This document shows, in pieces, positions 55,421-64,000 of a DNA stretch of 64,000 bases. The translations under genes and the position numbers were made by a program. Source of the DNA: a virus; IMG/VR virus record IMGVR_UViG_3300035199_000184, positions 3,528-67,527 of that record, one strand, 5' to 3'. Positions within the stretch are counted from its first letter, which is position 1; every line of letters starts with the position of its first letter. A model generated the notes under the pieces. The model searched no databases. It had not been told where the DNA came from and worked only from the letters and a program-made list of their open reading frames with translations.

Positions 55421-57378
55421 TGTTGTCCTGACATCCTTCCTACTTCGACCTCATCCCAGTCGTCACTCTTTTTATTGTCGTCCCACTCGGCCATCCGAGC
55501 CGCCATAGTCCAGGGTGGGATATGACCCTGGTTTGCGGATGTCTGGCCCAGGCTCACACTAGACCCCGTGGGCCTGTCGATTGCTGCCTGGACGCTGACC
55601 ATGAACGCCATTACTCTGTCACCATGGGCCTCGCCCTTGGTGGTGTCGCTCGGGTTCTTCTTGGCAGTGAGGTGCTCTATCTTGCCCTCGATCATCACAT
55701 ACTCACTGCATTCCTGCCGTAGAGCTTCGGAGCGAATCTTAATTTCGCCCTTCTCTACCATCCGTATCATGTCAGCAAACCCAGCGGACTTACTGGCAGG
55801 GTTAGTGTGCCAGCCAATCTCTTTGGTCTTTCGACGCCCCTTCTTGGTCCACGCTGTACGCATGAAGACGTTAGGGTAGTTCAGGTCCTTCACCCGCTTA
55901 CCGAACCCACCGCCGTAGTTGATTTCCCAAGCAAGGTATGCCTCGTGAAACCACTTAGAGATGGCTACTGCCTGTTCCCCAAATACCGAGGGTTCTACGA
56001 TGTTAGTCGTGTACTCCATCACCTGCTCCATAGAGATCAGGTCGATCACCTGGATGACAGAGTTCGACGTGTGAGAGCCACCAAGACCTGACGAAACATC
56101 TGCCGCTACGACGTAAGGACGAATCGGCGGACGCCCCGAGTGGTCGAGGTTACACCAAATCTTTATGGGACCATTCTTAGTCTCCTGAAAGTTCATTTTC
56201 ATTGTGCCACGGTCATAGGTGAGACCGCCCTCAACCTTGTGGGGCATGACGGTCGACCGGGCCTTCTTAAAGAACGCATCACCCATAATACGATGCACGG
56301 AGCCGCCATAATCCCGGTCTAGCTCCTGTGCGATAGATTGTGGAGTTGCGCCGGGCTTATCGCATTGCCTGTCGTACCAGGGGGAACGGGCCTTGTTCTC
56401 TAGCTTGAAACCCTTGGCCCTTAGTCGGGAGAACATGTCCTTGACGTCCTCGGATGGCGGATCGTAATCTGCCGCCAGTGTATGTCCCTCCAACGGGACG
56501 GTCTTTCCGTGAACTAATTTATACGACCCCTGGTTCCTGGTCTGGTTGTCTTTCCAGTCGAATACCAACTTAACCATATTGCTTGGCCTGTGCATGATTT
56601 GGTAGTACTCACCGGATGCTCCTTTGGGAGTGGAGATAAGAACCTTAGTGTCTGTTACGTGCTCAATGGACGCCATGACTTCGTGGTCTAGAGGACGAGG
56701 GAAGGACGCGAGTTCATCAAACATGATCCAGGTCCGTCGCCCGCCACGGAACGTGTCTCCAGTAGCAGACGCCCCCACTATCTGGGAACCGTTTTGGTGA
56801 TTAGTGATCGTATGCTTGCTTACACTACGAGTCCAGTCTTTCGGTTTATCCCCCGGACCCGTCTTATCTCCCACTAGCCACTGCGGTAATGATTCGATAG
56901 CCCAGTTAATCTTCCACAACAGCGTGTCCGGGTCATCGGTTGCGTCGACTGCGGCCTCACTTCGGGACATGATACCGATAGAACACATGTCCTCGAACAG
57001 CCAGTCGTGCATTGCCATCAGACAGAATATCCAGGAGGCCCCCTCGCCACGAGACTTCTCGATGCCCAGGTCTCCACCCTCTTCTGACTGCATCACGTCC
57101 CGAGCCTTCTGGATGATCGGGACTTGGTGCTTCCAGGGGATGAACGGGATTACATTGGGAAGACGCTTGCCGTCGACGTACCTCTTGCGGGGTTCGTATA
57201 GCCAGCATGCGGATATGAAAAAGAACAAGATGTCCTTCTGCCAAGACGCAATCAGGCCCTTCTGGAACACTGGTTCGTTAGCTGCCCTATTGAGCATTTC
57301 GGCCCGGAGCGTCAGGTTCTTGGCGAATTCATCGCCGCCTTTGGCAAGAAAACTCTCGTAGTACTTGCTAAACGCCAT
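55411..57378 (-). CDS. terL: Terminase large subunit
   Basis: KSRGEGASW, RGGR, FDELA, ISTPKG, AADVSSG, WEIN, HGDRVMA. Confidence 0.92.
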   Translation of the reverse strand: MAFSKYYESFLAKGGDEFAKNLTLRAEMLNRAANEPVFQKGLIASWQKDILFFFISACWLYEPRKRYVDGKRLPNVIPFIPWKHQVPIIQKARDVMQSEEGGDLGIEKSRGEGASWIFCLMAMHDWLFEDMCSIGIMSRSEAAVDATDDPDTLLWKINWAIESLPQWLVGDKTGPGDKPKDWTRSVSKHTITNHQNGSQIVGASATGDTFRGGRRTWIMFDELASFPRPLDHEVMASIEHVTDTKVLISTPKGASGEYYQIMHRPSNMVKLVFDWKDNQTRNQGSYKLVHGKTVPLEGHTLAADYDPPSEDVKDMFSRLRAKGFKLENKARSPWYDRQCDKPGATPQSIAQELDRDYGGSVHRIMGDAFFKKARSTVMPHKVEGGLTYDRGTMKMNFQETKNGPIKIWCNLDHSGRPPIRPYVVAADVSSGLGGSHTSNSVIQVIDLISMEQVMEYTTNIVEPSVFGEQAVAISKWFHEAYLAWEINYGGGFGKRVKDLNYPNVFMRTAWTKKGRRKTKEIGWHTNPASKSAGFADMIRMVEKGEIKIRSEALRQECSEYVMIEGKIEHLTAKKNPSDTTKGEAHGDRVMAFMVSVQAAIDRPTGSSVSLGQTSANQGHIPPWTMAARMAEWDDNKKSDDWDEVEVGRMSGQQWT

Positions 57379-57384
57379 GGAGGT

Positions 57385-58023
57385 CTATTCCTCTAGGGAG
57401 ACGCCGTCACCCAGGAAAGCCTCTAGCATTTCCCGGCACTGCTTGGCGGTAGGGTCGATCTTTACCTTCTCGGCCTCATCCTTCTGAACTTTCTTGGATG
57501 CAGGGGGAGGGGCCGGCTTCTCTGCGGCCTGGAGCCCCTTAAAGAACTCCTTAGGCTCATTGGCCCAGTATTGTAGTTTATTCACAGCCGCCTGTGAGGG
57601 GGCATCGGTGATGTCGTCTATAGTTAGCACGACCGCCTTGGCCCCCGTCAGGGCCTTCCGCCTCATGGCAGCATGGGATGCAATCCAGTTGTTCTCTTTC
57701 TTGGAGGAGACGCGGTCTGATAGGCGGGACACGATCTTCTCAAACTCCAGCAACGCCTCGGTTCTCAGGTCGCCGCCTTCTTGGAGAGCATCTTCAAGTG
57801 CCTCATACTTACGAAACAACTCACGCTCCTTCGCGGCACCATCATACCCATGGTCCTTAGCGTGTTTGTGCATAATGGAAGAGAACCCCTTCTCCCCTGT
57901 AGCCTCTTGAATACTCTTGAAGTCCTCTAGGATGTCTTTCCAGGTTCCGTCCTTCTCCATGCGGAACTGCCACAACTTAAACGGGTCGCTCTTCTTAGCA
58001 TCGAGCAGGTCTCTTGCAATCAT
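57385..58023 (-). CDS. Putative terminase small subunit
   Basis: Helical protein directly upstream of TerL (position only). Confidence 0.45.
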   Translation of the reverse strand: MIARDLLDAKKSDPFKLWQFRMEKDGTWKDILEDFKSIQEATGEKGFSSIMHKHAKDHGYDGAAKERELFRKYEALEDALQEGGDLRTEALLEFEKIVSRLSDRVSSKKENNWIASHAAMRRKALTGAKAVVLTIDDITDAPSQAAVNKLQYWANEPKEFFKGLQAAEKPAPPPASKKVQKDEAEKVKIDPTAKQCREMLEAFLGDGVSLEE

Positions 58024-58301
58024 TCTTTCCTCCCGAACAAGGCGGAGTCGGTTAGTTTCCTTAGAACGGATGTGGGGCTTTGGCCTGTTACGATCCAGTT
58101 CTCCTGTGCGTCGATGATCATGAATTCTTCAGAGCCTTCGTCATCCTCCACTTGCCCCTCAACTTCATTCTTAATCGAGGGCGGTATCGCCACAGCAGTA
58201 TATTTGTTATTCTGGTTTATGAACAGTTGGATCATCCACCCGTTGTCTAGCAGCTTCATGCACTCGTCGCCAGGAGCTAGTGGGCTCAATTCTTCGGACA
58301 T
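58020..58301 (-). CDS. Small acidic hypothetical protein
   Basis: ATGA coupling. Confidence 0.6.
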   Translation of the reverse strand: MSEELSPLAPGDECMKLLDNGWMIQLFINQNNKYTAVAIPPSIKNEVEGQVEDDEGSEEFMIIDAQENWIVTGQSPTSVLRKLTDSALFGRKE

Positions 58302-58304
58302 GAC

Positions 58305-58332
58305 TTGTCACCTTGGTATTTCGGCCTAAGAT
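58305..58332 (+). promoter_or_regulatory. Promoter for the inverted methyltransferase unit
   Basis: TTGTCA-N16-TAAGAT. Confidence 0.55.
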
Positions 58333-58350
58333 GTATGGAGAAGAACAGCT

Positions 58351-58566
58351 ATGCATGCATCATCTTTATGGACTTGTCCTACTTGCAAACGTGAGATATT
58401 ATCTAAACCCGGCCTGAGACCTCGGCGATGTAATAAATGTAAAACCGCTGGGGATCAGTTAGCTTATAGGGGTGGACGCTGGAATACCAAGGAGCCCAAG
58501 AATGCCAAAGACGACAATAATCGAGGGAAGCTGCATTTCGGCGATGAGCCACCTAGACCGGGATAG
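58351..58566 (+). CDS. Small Zn-finger protein
   Basis: GGAG RBS; CPTC...CNKC. Confidence 0.55.
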   Translation: MHASSLWTCPTCKREILSKPGLRPRRCNKCKTAGDQLAYRGGRWNTKEPKNAKDDNNRGKLHFGDEPPRPG

Positions 58567-59242
58567 CTTGCCTGATCTGGTATTTCTTGATCCACCTCCC
58601 TATGACATCCCGGACGATGACCCCTCAAAAGTGCTCCGAGTAAACGAGGAACAGTACAAGTATAACATCCGTGCCGCTACTATGTTAAGTTGGAAAGTGT
58701 GCCAGGGTGTCATGGTGCTTCACGGTGATGACGAGTTGGTCAAGCTATGGCTCGACTTGGAGGATAAAGCTGGAATGTCCCGAGTATGCTGGATCAATTG
58801 GCTATACGACTTCGGCAAGAACGACAGGCACAACTTCAACGACAGCAGAACTCACCTGCTGGTCTACGCTAAGGACACTGAGAACTACACCAAGAACATA
58901 GACTCGGTCCTCATTAGCGGAGCCAAGAAGGGCAGCAAGGCCACAAGGACCCCTGGGCGTGTGTGGGGGATTCCCCCGGACGGCCCCAACTGGGGAAGGG
59001 TGACCGGAACTTCAAAGGAACATGTGGCCTCCGGGCGGGCTCAGCTTCCCGAGAACCTCATGGCTCGGATCATCAAGTTCTACTCCAACCCCGGCGATAC
59101 CGTTCTGGACCCGTACTCCAACGCCGGCACCACGGCAGTCGTGGCTGAAGCCCTCGGTCGTAGCGTGATTGCCATCGATGACGACACCACAGTTACTGAG
59201 GAGCGGATTCAGCGTGGGCCGTCTAGGAAGCTCTCTTCTTAG
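58502..59242 (+). CDS. N4/N6 DNA methyltransferase (beta order) with atypical motifs
   Basis: AAGGAG RBS; DPPPY, QLPExLxxRII, SNPGDTVLDPYSNAGTT. Confidence 0.8.
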   Translation: MPKTTIIEGSCISAMSHLDRDSLPDLVFLDPPPYDIPDDDPSKVLRVNEEQYKYNIRAATMLSWKVCQGVMVLHGDDELVKLWLDLEDKAGMSRVCWINWLYDFGKNDRHNFNDSRTHLLVYAKDTENYTKNIDSVLISGAKKGSKATRTPGRVWGIPPDGPNWGRVTGTSKEHVASGRAQLPENLMARIIKFYSNPGDTVLDPYSNAGTTAVVAEALGRSVIAIDDDTTVTEERIQRGPSRKLSS

Positions 59243-60758
59243 TCCACGGGTAGACTTCGGCGGCCTTCTTGTGCCAGTCCGGGTCATCCTTCAGTGGGAT
59301 GTAGATATCCACGTCATCTCGACGGATATTGATGGATAGATCAAGGGGCTTGCCGTAGTACTCACGCTTGGCCTTGACGGCGATACCAAAGGCCTGGCCG
59401 ACAGTCATGTTACACTTAGAAGCCGCCCATATTCCCGACCGAATGAACTGACTGTCCCGCTTGAGCTTACGCTTCTTTGTGACGGCCCCGGTTTTCTTGA
59501 CGAGCCTCCCATCCACCTGGATGATTCGACGCTGGGACTTTCCGAACTTGTGGCCACATAAACACTTTGTCGGGAACCGCCTCCAAAGCCTCGAGCATGA
59601 TGGGCAGCGAACCGGCTCCGATTCCTTCTCCAGTGCCGACTCGTACTTCTTGCGTCGCTTCGATCTTATCTTCCTGGCGGTGTCTCCAATCTCCCAATGG
59701 CGGTCCTCGTTGGGGCTCCCTAGCTCATACCAGGAGCCTGTGTGGTCCTGTAGTGTGGCGTGGTCCTTGCCTGGGGAGGCCCTGAGAATACGTCCTACAG
59801 ACTGGAGGTACACAGCCACGCTCTTGGTAGGCCGGCAGAATATGGCATGGGAAACCCTGGGGCAATCCCACCCCACATTGATGATCCCAAAACTGGAGAT
59901 CATGTTGATGGAGCCGTCCGTAAGATCAGAAAACGCCTTATTTCGGACTGCGTCCTTGGTCTTAGCTTCCAAGTGAACACAGGACACGCCAGCGTGGTTC
60001 ATATACTCAGTAATCCATCGGCTCTCGGGGACCCCTGGCGCGAACAGGACAGTGGGAGCTCTCAGAGGATTGAGCCTCAGGTAGTGCTTGTGGATGTCCC
60101 CGATTACGGAGTTCTTTACCGTGTTAAACCGCTCTCGCATCGCCTCCTGAACATAGTCATCCCCTGACTCTGAGACTCCAGACATGTCGATCTCTGAGGG
60201 GGCAAACACCTCGCAGGGGACGATAACCCCCTTGGCCCTCAACTCGGAGCTAGACACCAAGTGCACTATCTCCATGTAGTACCCTTTGAGTCCGACTGGG
60301 GTTGCTGAGAATCCGACTTGGTATGCCCCGGCCTTACTATGGAATTCCATAATCGCCTGAGCAGTCTTCCCTTTGACAGCGTGACATTCGTCGTAGATTG
60401 CGAGGGTTGCGGCATGGAGGGGCCACTTCCCTCCTGAAACGGCTCGGGCAGCTTCGGTATGGACACTGGAGACCTGCGCATCCTCTCCAAGACTCGCGTT
60501 AACTCCACTCGCTCGGATTCCGTGGGAAATACCGTGCCTTGCCAGAGTGCTTGAAAGCTGTTCTCGAAGCACCCGTCTATGCGTATAAACAATCGGCCTT
60601 CCTCCATTACTAAGCTCCTTACTAAAAAGTTCTGTAATGATCCTTGTCTTGCCGGCCCCCGTGGGGGCACAGGCACACACTCTCCCACCCGAGGACCGCT
60701 TCTCGATGATCTTCTGAAGAGCTCCCGATTGATAGGAATAGTCAGGCTTCTTACTCAT
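59223..60758 (-). CDS. SF2 DExH helicase (RadD/YejH-like) with C-terminal Zn finger
   Basis: APTGAGKT, DECH, SATP, GWDCP, QSVGRILR, CPSC..CLCG. Confidence 0.92.
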   Translation of the reverse strand: MSKKPDYSYQSGALQKIIEKRSSGGRVCACAPTGAGKTRIITELFSKELSNGGRPIVYTHRRVLREQLSSTLARHGISHGIRASGVNASLGEDAQVSSVHTEAARAVSGGKWPLHAATLAIYDECHAVKGKTAQAIMEFHSKAGAYQVGFSATPVGLKGYYMEIVHLVSSSELRAKGVIVPCEVFAPSEIDMSGVSESGDDYVQEAMRERFNTVKNSVIGDIHKHYLRLNPLRAPTVLFAPGVPESRWITEYMNHAGVSCVHLEAKTKDAVRNKAFSDLTDGSINMISSFGIINVGWDCPRVSHAIFCRPTKSVAVYLQSVGRILRASPGKDHATLQDHTGSWYELGSPNEDRHWEIGDTARKIRSKRRKKYESALEKESEPVRCPSCSRLWRRFPTKCLCGHKFGKSQRRIIQVDGRLVKKTGAVTKKRKLKRDSQFIRSGIWAASKCNMTVGQAFGIAVKAKREYYGKPLDLSINIRRDDVDIYIPLKDDPDWHKKAAEVYPWTKKRAS

Positions 60759-61123
60759 AGATACGCTCCTAGTTCGGCTCTACGCTGCCAGATCGCAGTG
60801 TTGTACTTGTCGTCCCTCTTCCGAAGTTCCTCAAGCCATCGGTAGCGATCCTCCTTTGACTTAAGGCCCTTGGTGATACAGAACTCCAAGTAGCCGGTGG
60901 GTACGTCATTGATATGCCGGCCCTGGTGCTTTCCGAAGTCCATGGTATTCCAGGAGTCCTGTAGTTCCTGGCAGGGATCGGAGTGCTTGTAGTGAAGGCC
61001 ACAGAAGGCACAGGGTCTGAACGGCCCCGCCCCTTGGAGATAATGCACGCAGTCTTCCCCGAACATATCATCCCAGTAATCAAGGTACTCGGCCCCTTGG
61101 AGAGTGGTCTTCTTAACCGGCAT
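60755..61123 (-). CDS. DUF3820 / ExoX C-terminal-like protein
   Basis: MDFGKHQG..INDVPTGYLEF. Confidence 0.75.
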   Translation of the reverse strand: MPVKKTTLQGAEYLDYWDDMFGEDCVHYLQGAGPFRPCAFCGLHYKHSDPCQELQDSWNTMDFGKHQGRHINDVPTGYLEFCITKGLKSKEDRYRWLEELRKRDDKYNTAIWQRRAELGAYL

Positions 61124-61610
61124 GACCAGACCCCGGCGACATGGCTTCCTTGCCACCCCTGTCTGATAGACTAACGGTTCCTTCTTGGGGTTTCGCCGGC
61201 GATTTGTCTAGAATCTTCTGGACTACGAAATCCTTCCGCTGCTCTTGTGTGAGCAGGTCCTTCAGGTACTCGTGCAGGCACTCGTTGGTGGACAGATTGG
61301 GCTTACGGTCGAACCGGGGAGTAGCCATAGCCTTCTTCTTGCGGTCCACGGGCATATTCTCATCGGCCACTTCATCCAGATCATGGATGTGGTGGACCCT
61401 GATCCACATAGGTTCCTCACCGTAGCAGTCCACGTTGCCGTGGCGGTCCATGAACAGGTCAACCTTGGCAGCCTCACGCTTCATCTCGATCTCAGTTGCG
61501 GACTCCACGTAGTGAAGTACGGTGTCCTTGAGGGCCGCTATGAGGCTCTGGTATTCCTGGTAATCTTCCGGTCGAATAGACTCGACCGCTTCACGGGTAA
61601 GTACGGGCAT
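61113..61610 (-). CDS. Hypothetical protein
   Basis: AGGAG RBS. Confidence 0.65.
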   Translation of the reverse strand: MPVLTREAVESIRPEDYQEYQSLIAALKDTVLHYVESATEIEMKREAAKVDLFMDRHGNVDCYGEEPMWIRVHHIHDLDEVADENMPVDRKKKAMATPRFDRKPNLSTNECLHEYLKDLLTQEQRKDFVVQKILDKSPAKPQEGTVSLSDRGGKEAMSPGSGHAG

Positions 61611-61619
61611 TGCTGTCTC

Positions 61620-61931
61620 CTAGATGTCCTCGGCATCATTGACAATGTCCGCAACGAGGTCCCTTGGAGGGACATGGAAATAGGCGAGACCGCCCTCATT
61701 ATGGCGATACCACTCCTCGGTGAATGACCCGACCTTGGGGGTGACTCGGATGGTGGGCCGAATGTCGTTCAGGACTTCGGTATGGATAGGTGTGAAAGAG
61801 TAACGCTTTCCCTGAATCACCTTACATGTCTTGCAAGCTGCATCGAGATGTTCCAGGGACCAACCTAATGCTTTTCTGATCTTCTCGCTTAATCGCCAGT
61901 ACGCCTTATCTTTCCCTGTCGCTTTCTTCAT
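61620..61931 (-). CDS. Hypothetical protein
   Basis: GGAG RBS. Confidence 0.6.
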   Translation of the reverse strand: MKKATGKDKAYWRLSEKIRKALGWSLEHLDAACKTCKVIQGKRYSFTPIHTEVLNDIRPTIRVTPKVGSFTEEWYRHNEGGLAYFHVPPRDLVADIVNDAEDI

Positions 61932-62223
61932 TCTGTTGCTCCGTGTTTGCTGTTACGCTACGGTGAATTGCGTCCAAGCTGGAAACCGCCCTCGCCAGAG
62001 CGGCTGTCAGTCCTTTACTAGACTCTTGTCGGTAAATCGTCCCGATCTGGTATTCTACGATGTACACCCCACTTTGGTTCTTGGTCTTTAGGACATAATA
62101 GTCACATTTTTCCGACAGACATTCCAGGGCCCCCTGGATAAAGTACTGGTTCTCGTGTCCTAGGGCCTCCAGTACGGACGCATGATCTTCGATATTTCGG
62201 AATCTATTGTATTGGTAACTCAC
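61906..62223 (-). CDS. Hypothetical protein
   Basis: GGAGG RBS with GTGA coupling. Confidence 0.6.
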   Translation of the reverse strand: MSYQYNRFRNIEDHASVLEALGHENQYFIQGALECLSEKCDYYVLKTKNQSGVYIVEYQIGTIYRQESSKGLTAALARAVSSLDAIHRSVTANTEQQNEESDRER

Positions 62224-62450
62224 CCCTCCTCCTCCACATCCACATCAGGAGGATCGGGTAGATCAGGCGGCAGTATGTCGTCATCCTTAAGGTCTAGCCA
62301 CCACTGCTTGCACAGATCAAGGGACTCACCGATGGAGTCATTGTCAGCTTCTAGGTAGTTTCCAAGGACCTGTATAGCCTCTTCGCGGGTACATTCCCCC
62401 TTGGCGAACATCTCCGATACCTGACCAATCCACTCAAAGTCCGGTTTCAT
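62220..62450 (-). CDS. Small acidic hypothetical protein
   Basis: ATGA coupling. Confidence 0.6.
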   Translation of the reverse strand: MKPDFEWIGQVSEMFAKGECTREEAIQVLGNYLEADNDSIGESLDLCKQWWLDLKDDDILPPDLPDPPDVDVEEEG

Positions 62451-62725
62451 CCCCCAGGCCCCCCTTCTGACCCCTTCACGGCGAACAGGCCCTCGCTTCC
62501 CCGAATTTTTTTAAGATATTTTCTCCCCAGACAAACCACCATTCCTGTTCGGTTGTAACAGTAATAGTACGTCGTCCAGGTTTCATAATACGTTGGGACA
62601 CAAATTTCCTCCACCGTCATAATGCCCGCCCCTTGCAGACGACCGTCTTTGTCTCGGCTAGTATCACGCAATACCTCGAGATACTTAGGATCAACGATCA
62701 CTCGGTCTCCGACCTCGATCTTCAT
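62447..62725 (-). CDS. Small KOW/SH3-like protein
   Basis: AAGGA RBS; MKIEVGDRVIV. Confidence 0.55.
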   Translation of the reverse strand: MKIEVGDRVIVDPKYLEVLRDTSRDKDGRLQGAGIMTVEEICVPTYYETWTTYYYCYNRTGMVVCLGRKYLKKIRGSEGLFAVKGSEGGPGG

Positions 62726-63149
62726 GCAACTTCCTTTTAGGGTTTGGACGGCTTCAGCCACCGTGCAGTTCCCAAAGGCATTTCTGGCCCTTCGTTGTCA
62801 TCCAAGGCAAACATCCCCGTGGACGGGAACCTCGAAAAACGCTCGTACTCATCGTGTAGCAGGATGACAAGTTCCAACACACCCGTGCGGGGGTGTCGGG
62901 GGTGTCGTGCGTGCGGTTCCCGGTAACGGGCGATGACGCCCTGGGGCCGACGCAAGGTGACCACCAACACGGTCCCCTTGTTACATCCAGTATAGCCTGT
63001 GATTGTGTTTGTGACATGCTGGGTAGCTCTGATAAGGGACCCCAGAGGTGGTCCTTTTCCGTCGTGCGAATCTCTTGATCTCTTCGTCATCTCATAGGTA
63101 TCCAGGCCGGCGGAACTGCCGAATCGAAATTGAATGAAGGCTGACACTG

Positions 63150-63350
63150 CTATAACCCCCGTCGCAGCATCCTGCGAACCTCTCCCTCTGTGACAGCGTC
63201 CCCCGTGGTCGACCACTCCCCGCCGGAATTGCGGACCTGGAACCACTGGCCTAAGTCGTCCACCAGGATCATGGCGTACCCCCAGCCATCACCCCTCAGG
63301 TAAACGCGCTTAAAGGTCTTCTCTTCCCCGTTGTGGATAACCTTAGTCAT
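63150..63350 (-). CDS. First small ORF of the minus-strand arm
   Basis: GAGGA RBS. Confidence 0.6.
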   Translation of the reverse strand: MTKVIHNGEEKTFKRVYLRGDGWGYAMILVDDLGQWFQVRNSGGEWSTTGDAVTEGEVRRMLRRGL

Positions 63351-63397
63351 TTCATCCTCTTTCCATAGTGGTCAGTTGGGGCCACTTTCCGGTCAGT

Positions 63398-63524
63398 TGC
63401 AATGGAATGCAACAGAATGCAATGGAATGCAACAGAGACGTTTACATGTAACTACACATGTAATGACAAACTAACCGACAAACTAACCGACAAACTAACC
63501 GACAAACTAACCGACAAACGTCTC
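63398..63524. repeat. Iteron-like tandem repeats (putative origin or terminus region)
   Basis: 20-mer TGCAATGGAATGCAACAGAR x2 (63398-63437); 12-mer GACAAACTAACC x4.6 (63465-63519); flanking inverted repeat GAGACGTTT/AAACGTCTC. Confidence 0.85.
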
Positions 63525-64000
63525 CGTAGATTACGTTACTAGGAACTCGCATGCAAGAGTAGTACGATATTGGGGACCCCCCGGTTCACGACAAAACGCG
63601 GTATTTTTCGCCGTCGTCCGTATGGGGGGTACTCTGATACCCAGGAGGGATAACATGCCCTTACGCGCTGCCCTGTGGACGCACAGAGGACGCTGGGCCC
63701 CCAGTCTGAGCGCATGTCCGCTGGGGCCCCCTGGTGTGCGGCTAGGTCAGGCCGGGTCAGGGAAATCACGTAAGTGAGTGGATGCGGGCTATCCAGTACC
63801 TCTACCCTCTCGCCCCCCCGCGCGGGTTCCGAGTTCGAGTTCGGAGTTGGGGCCCCCCGGTGTACAAATGTACACTACGCACATCGACGCAAGCCTAGGC
63901 CACAGCACGACCTACACGCCCTGGTCACACACTCTATACAAACTGTGCTACCACAGCCCTGCCCAGTCTCATCAAGCCATGCGTGCGTGCGTGCTGGGTA

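Noticed and set aside
1-64000. Genome-wide TGA recoding (code 4 or 25)
   Set aside because: Many genes end in TGA with ATGA coupling, and long genes are intact under code 11

Overview
The window is most of a ~64 kb tailed dsDNA phage genome with podovirus-like (P22/T7-style) morphogenesis genes. A Planctomycetota/PVC host is my inference from gene content and is not proven. A short plus-strand arm (1-2.5 kb) of tiny ORFs and structured RNA converges at a terminator on a long minus-strand arm. Read from the right, that arm encodes a repeat-rich origin/terminus region, SF2 helicase, terminase, portal, scaffold, major capsid protein, LamG/BppU tail accessories, adaptor, nozzle and ejection proteins, and a 4485-aa polyvalent virion protein. 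It continues with a metallophosphoesterase, ClpP, a secreted trypsin-like protease cassette, a Sak4/SSB-like/exonuclease module, a tyrosine recombinase, a RavA/ViaA-like AAA+/VWA pair and a DUF3445-like enzyme. Three signals stand out. (1) A 204-nt tRNA-like RNA (436-639) has its anticodon loop replaced by a ~140-nt structured domain containing a mini-ORF (MALLCLLAV*) whose stop lies in a hairpin loop, a tmRNA-like architecture without alanine identity. (2) An in-frame UGA at a Cys-like position in the protease gene is followed by a SECIS-like hairpin with fdhF-like spacing, suggesting a phage selenoprotein or programmed readthrough. (3) A promoter-driven ~250-nt structured RNA lies in the portal-scaffold interval. 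All assignments are by eye from motifs; no searches or folding programs were run.
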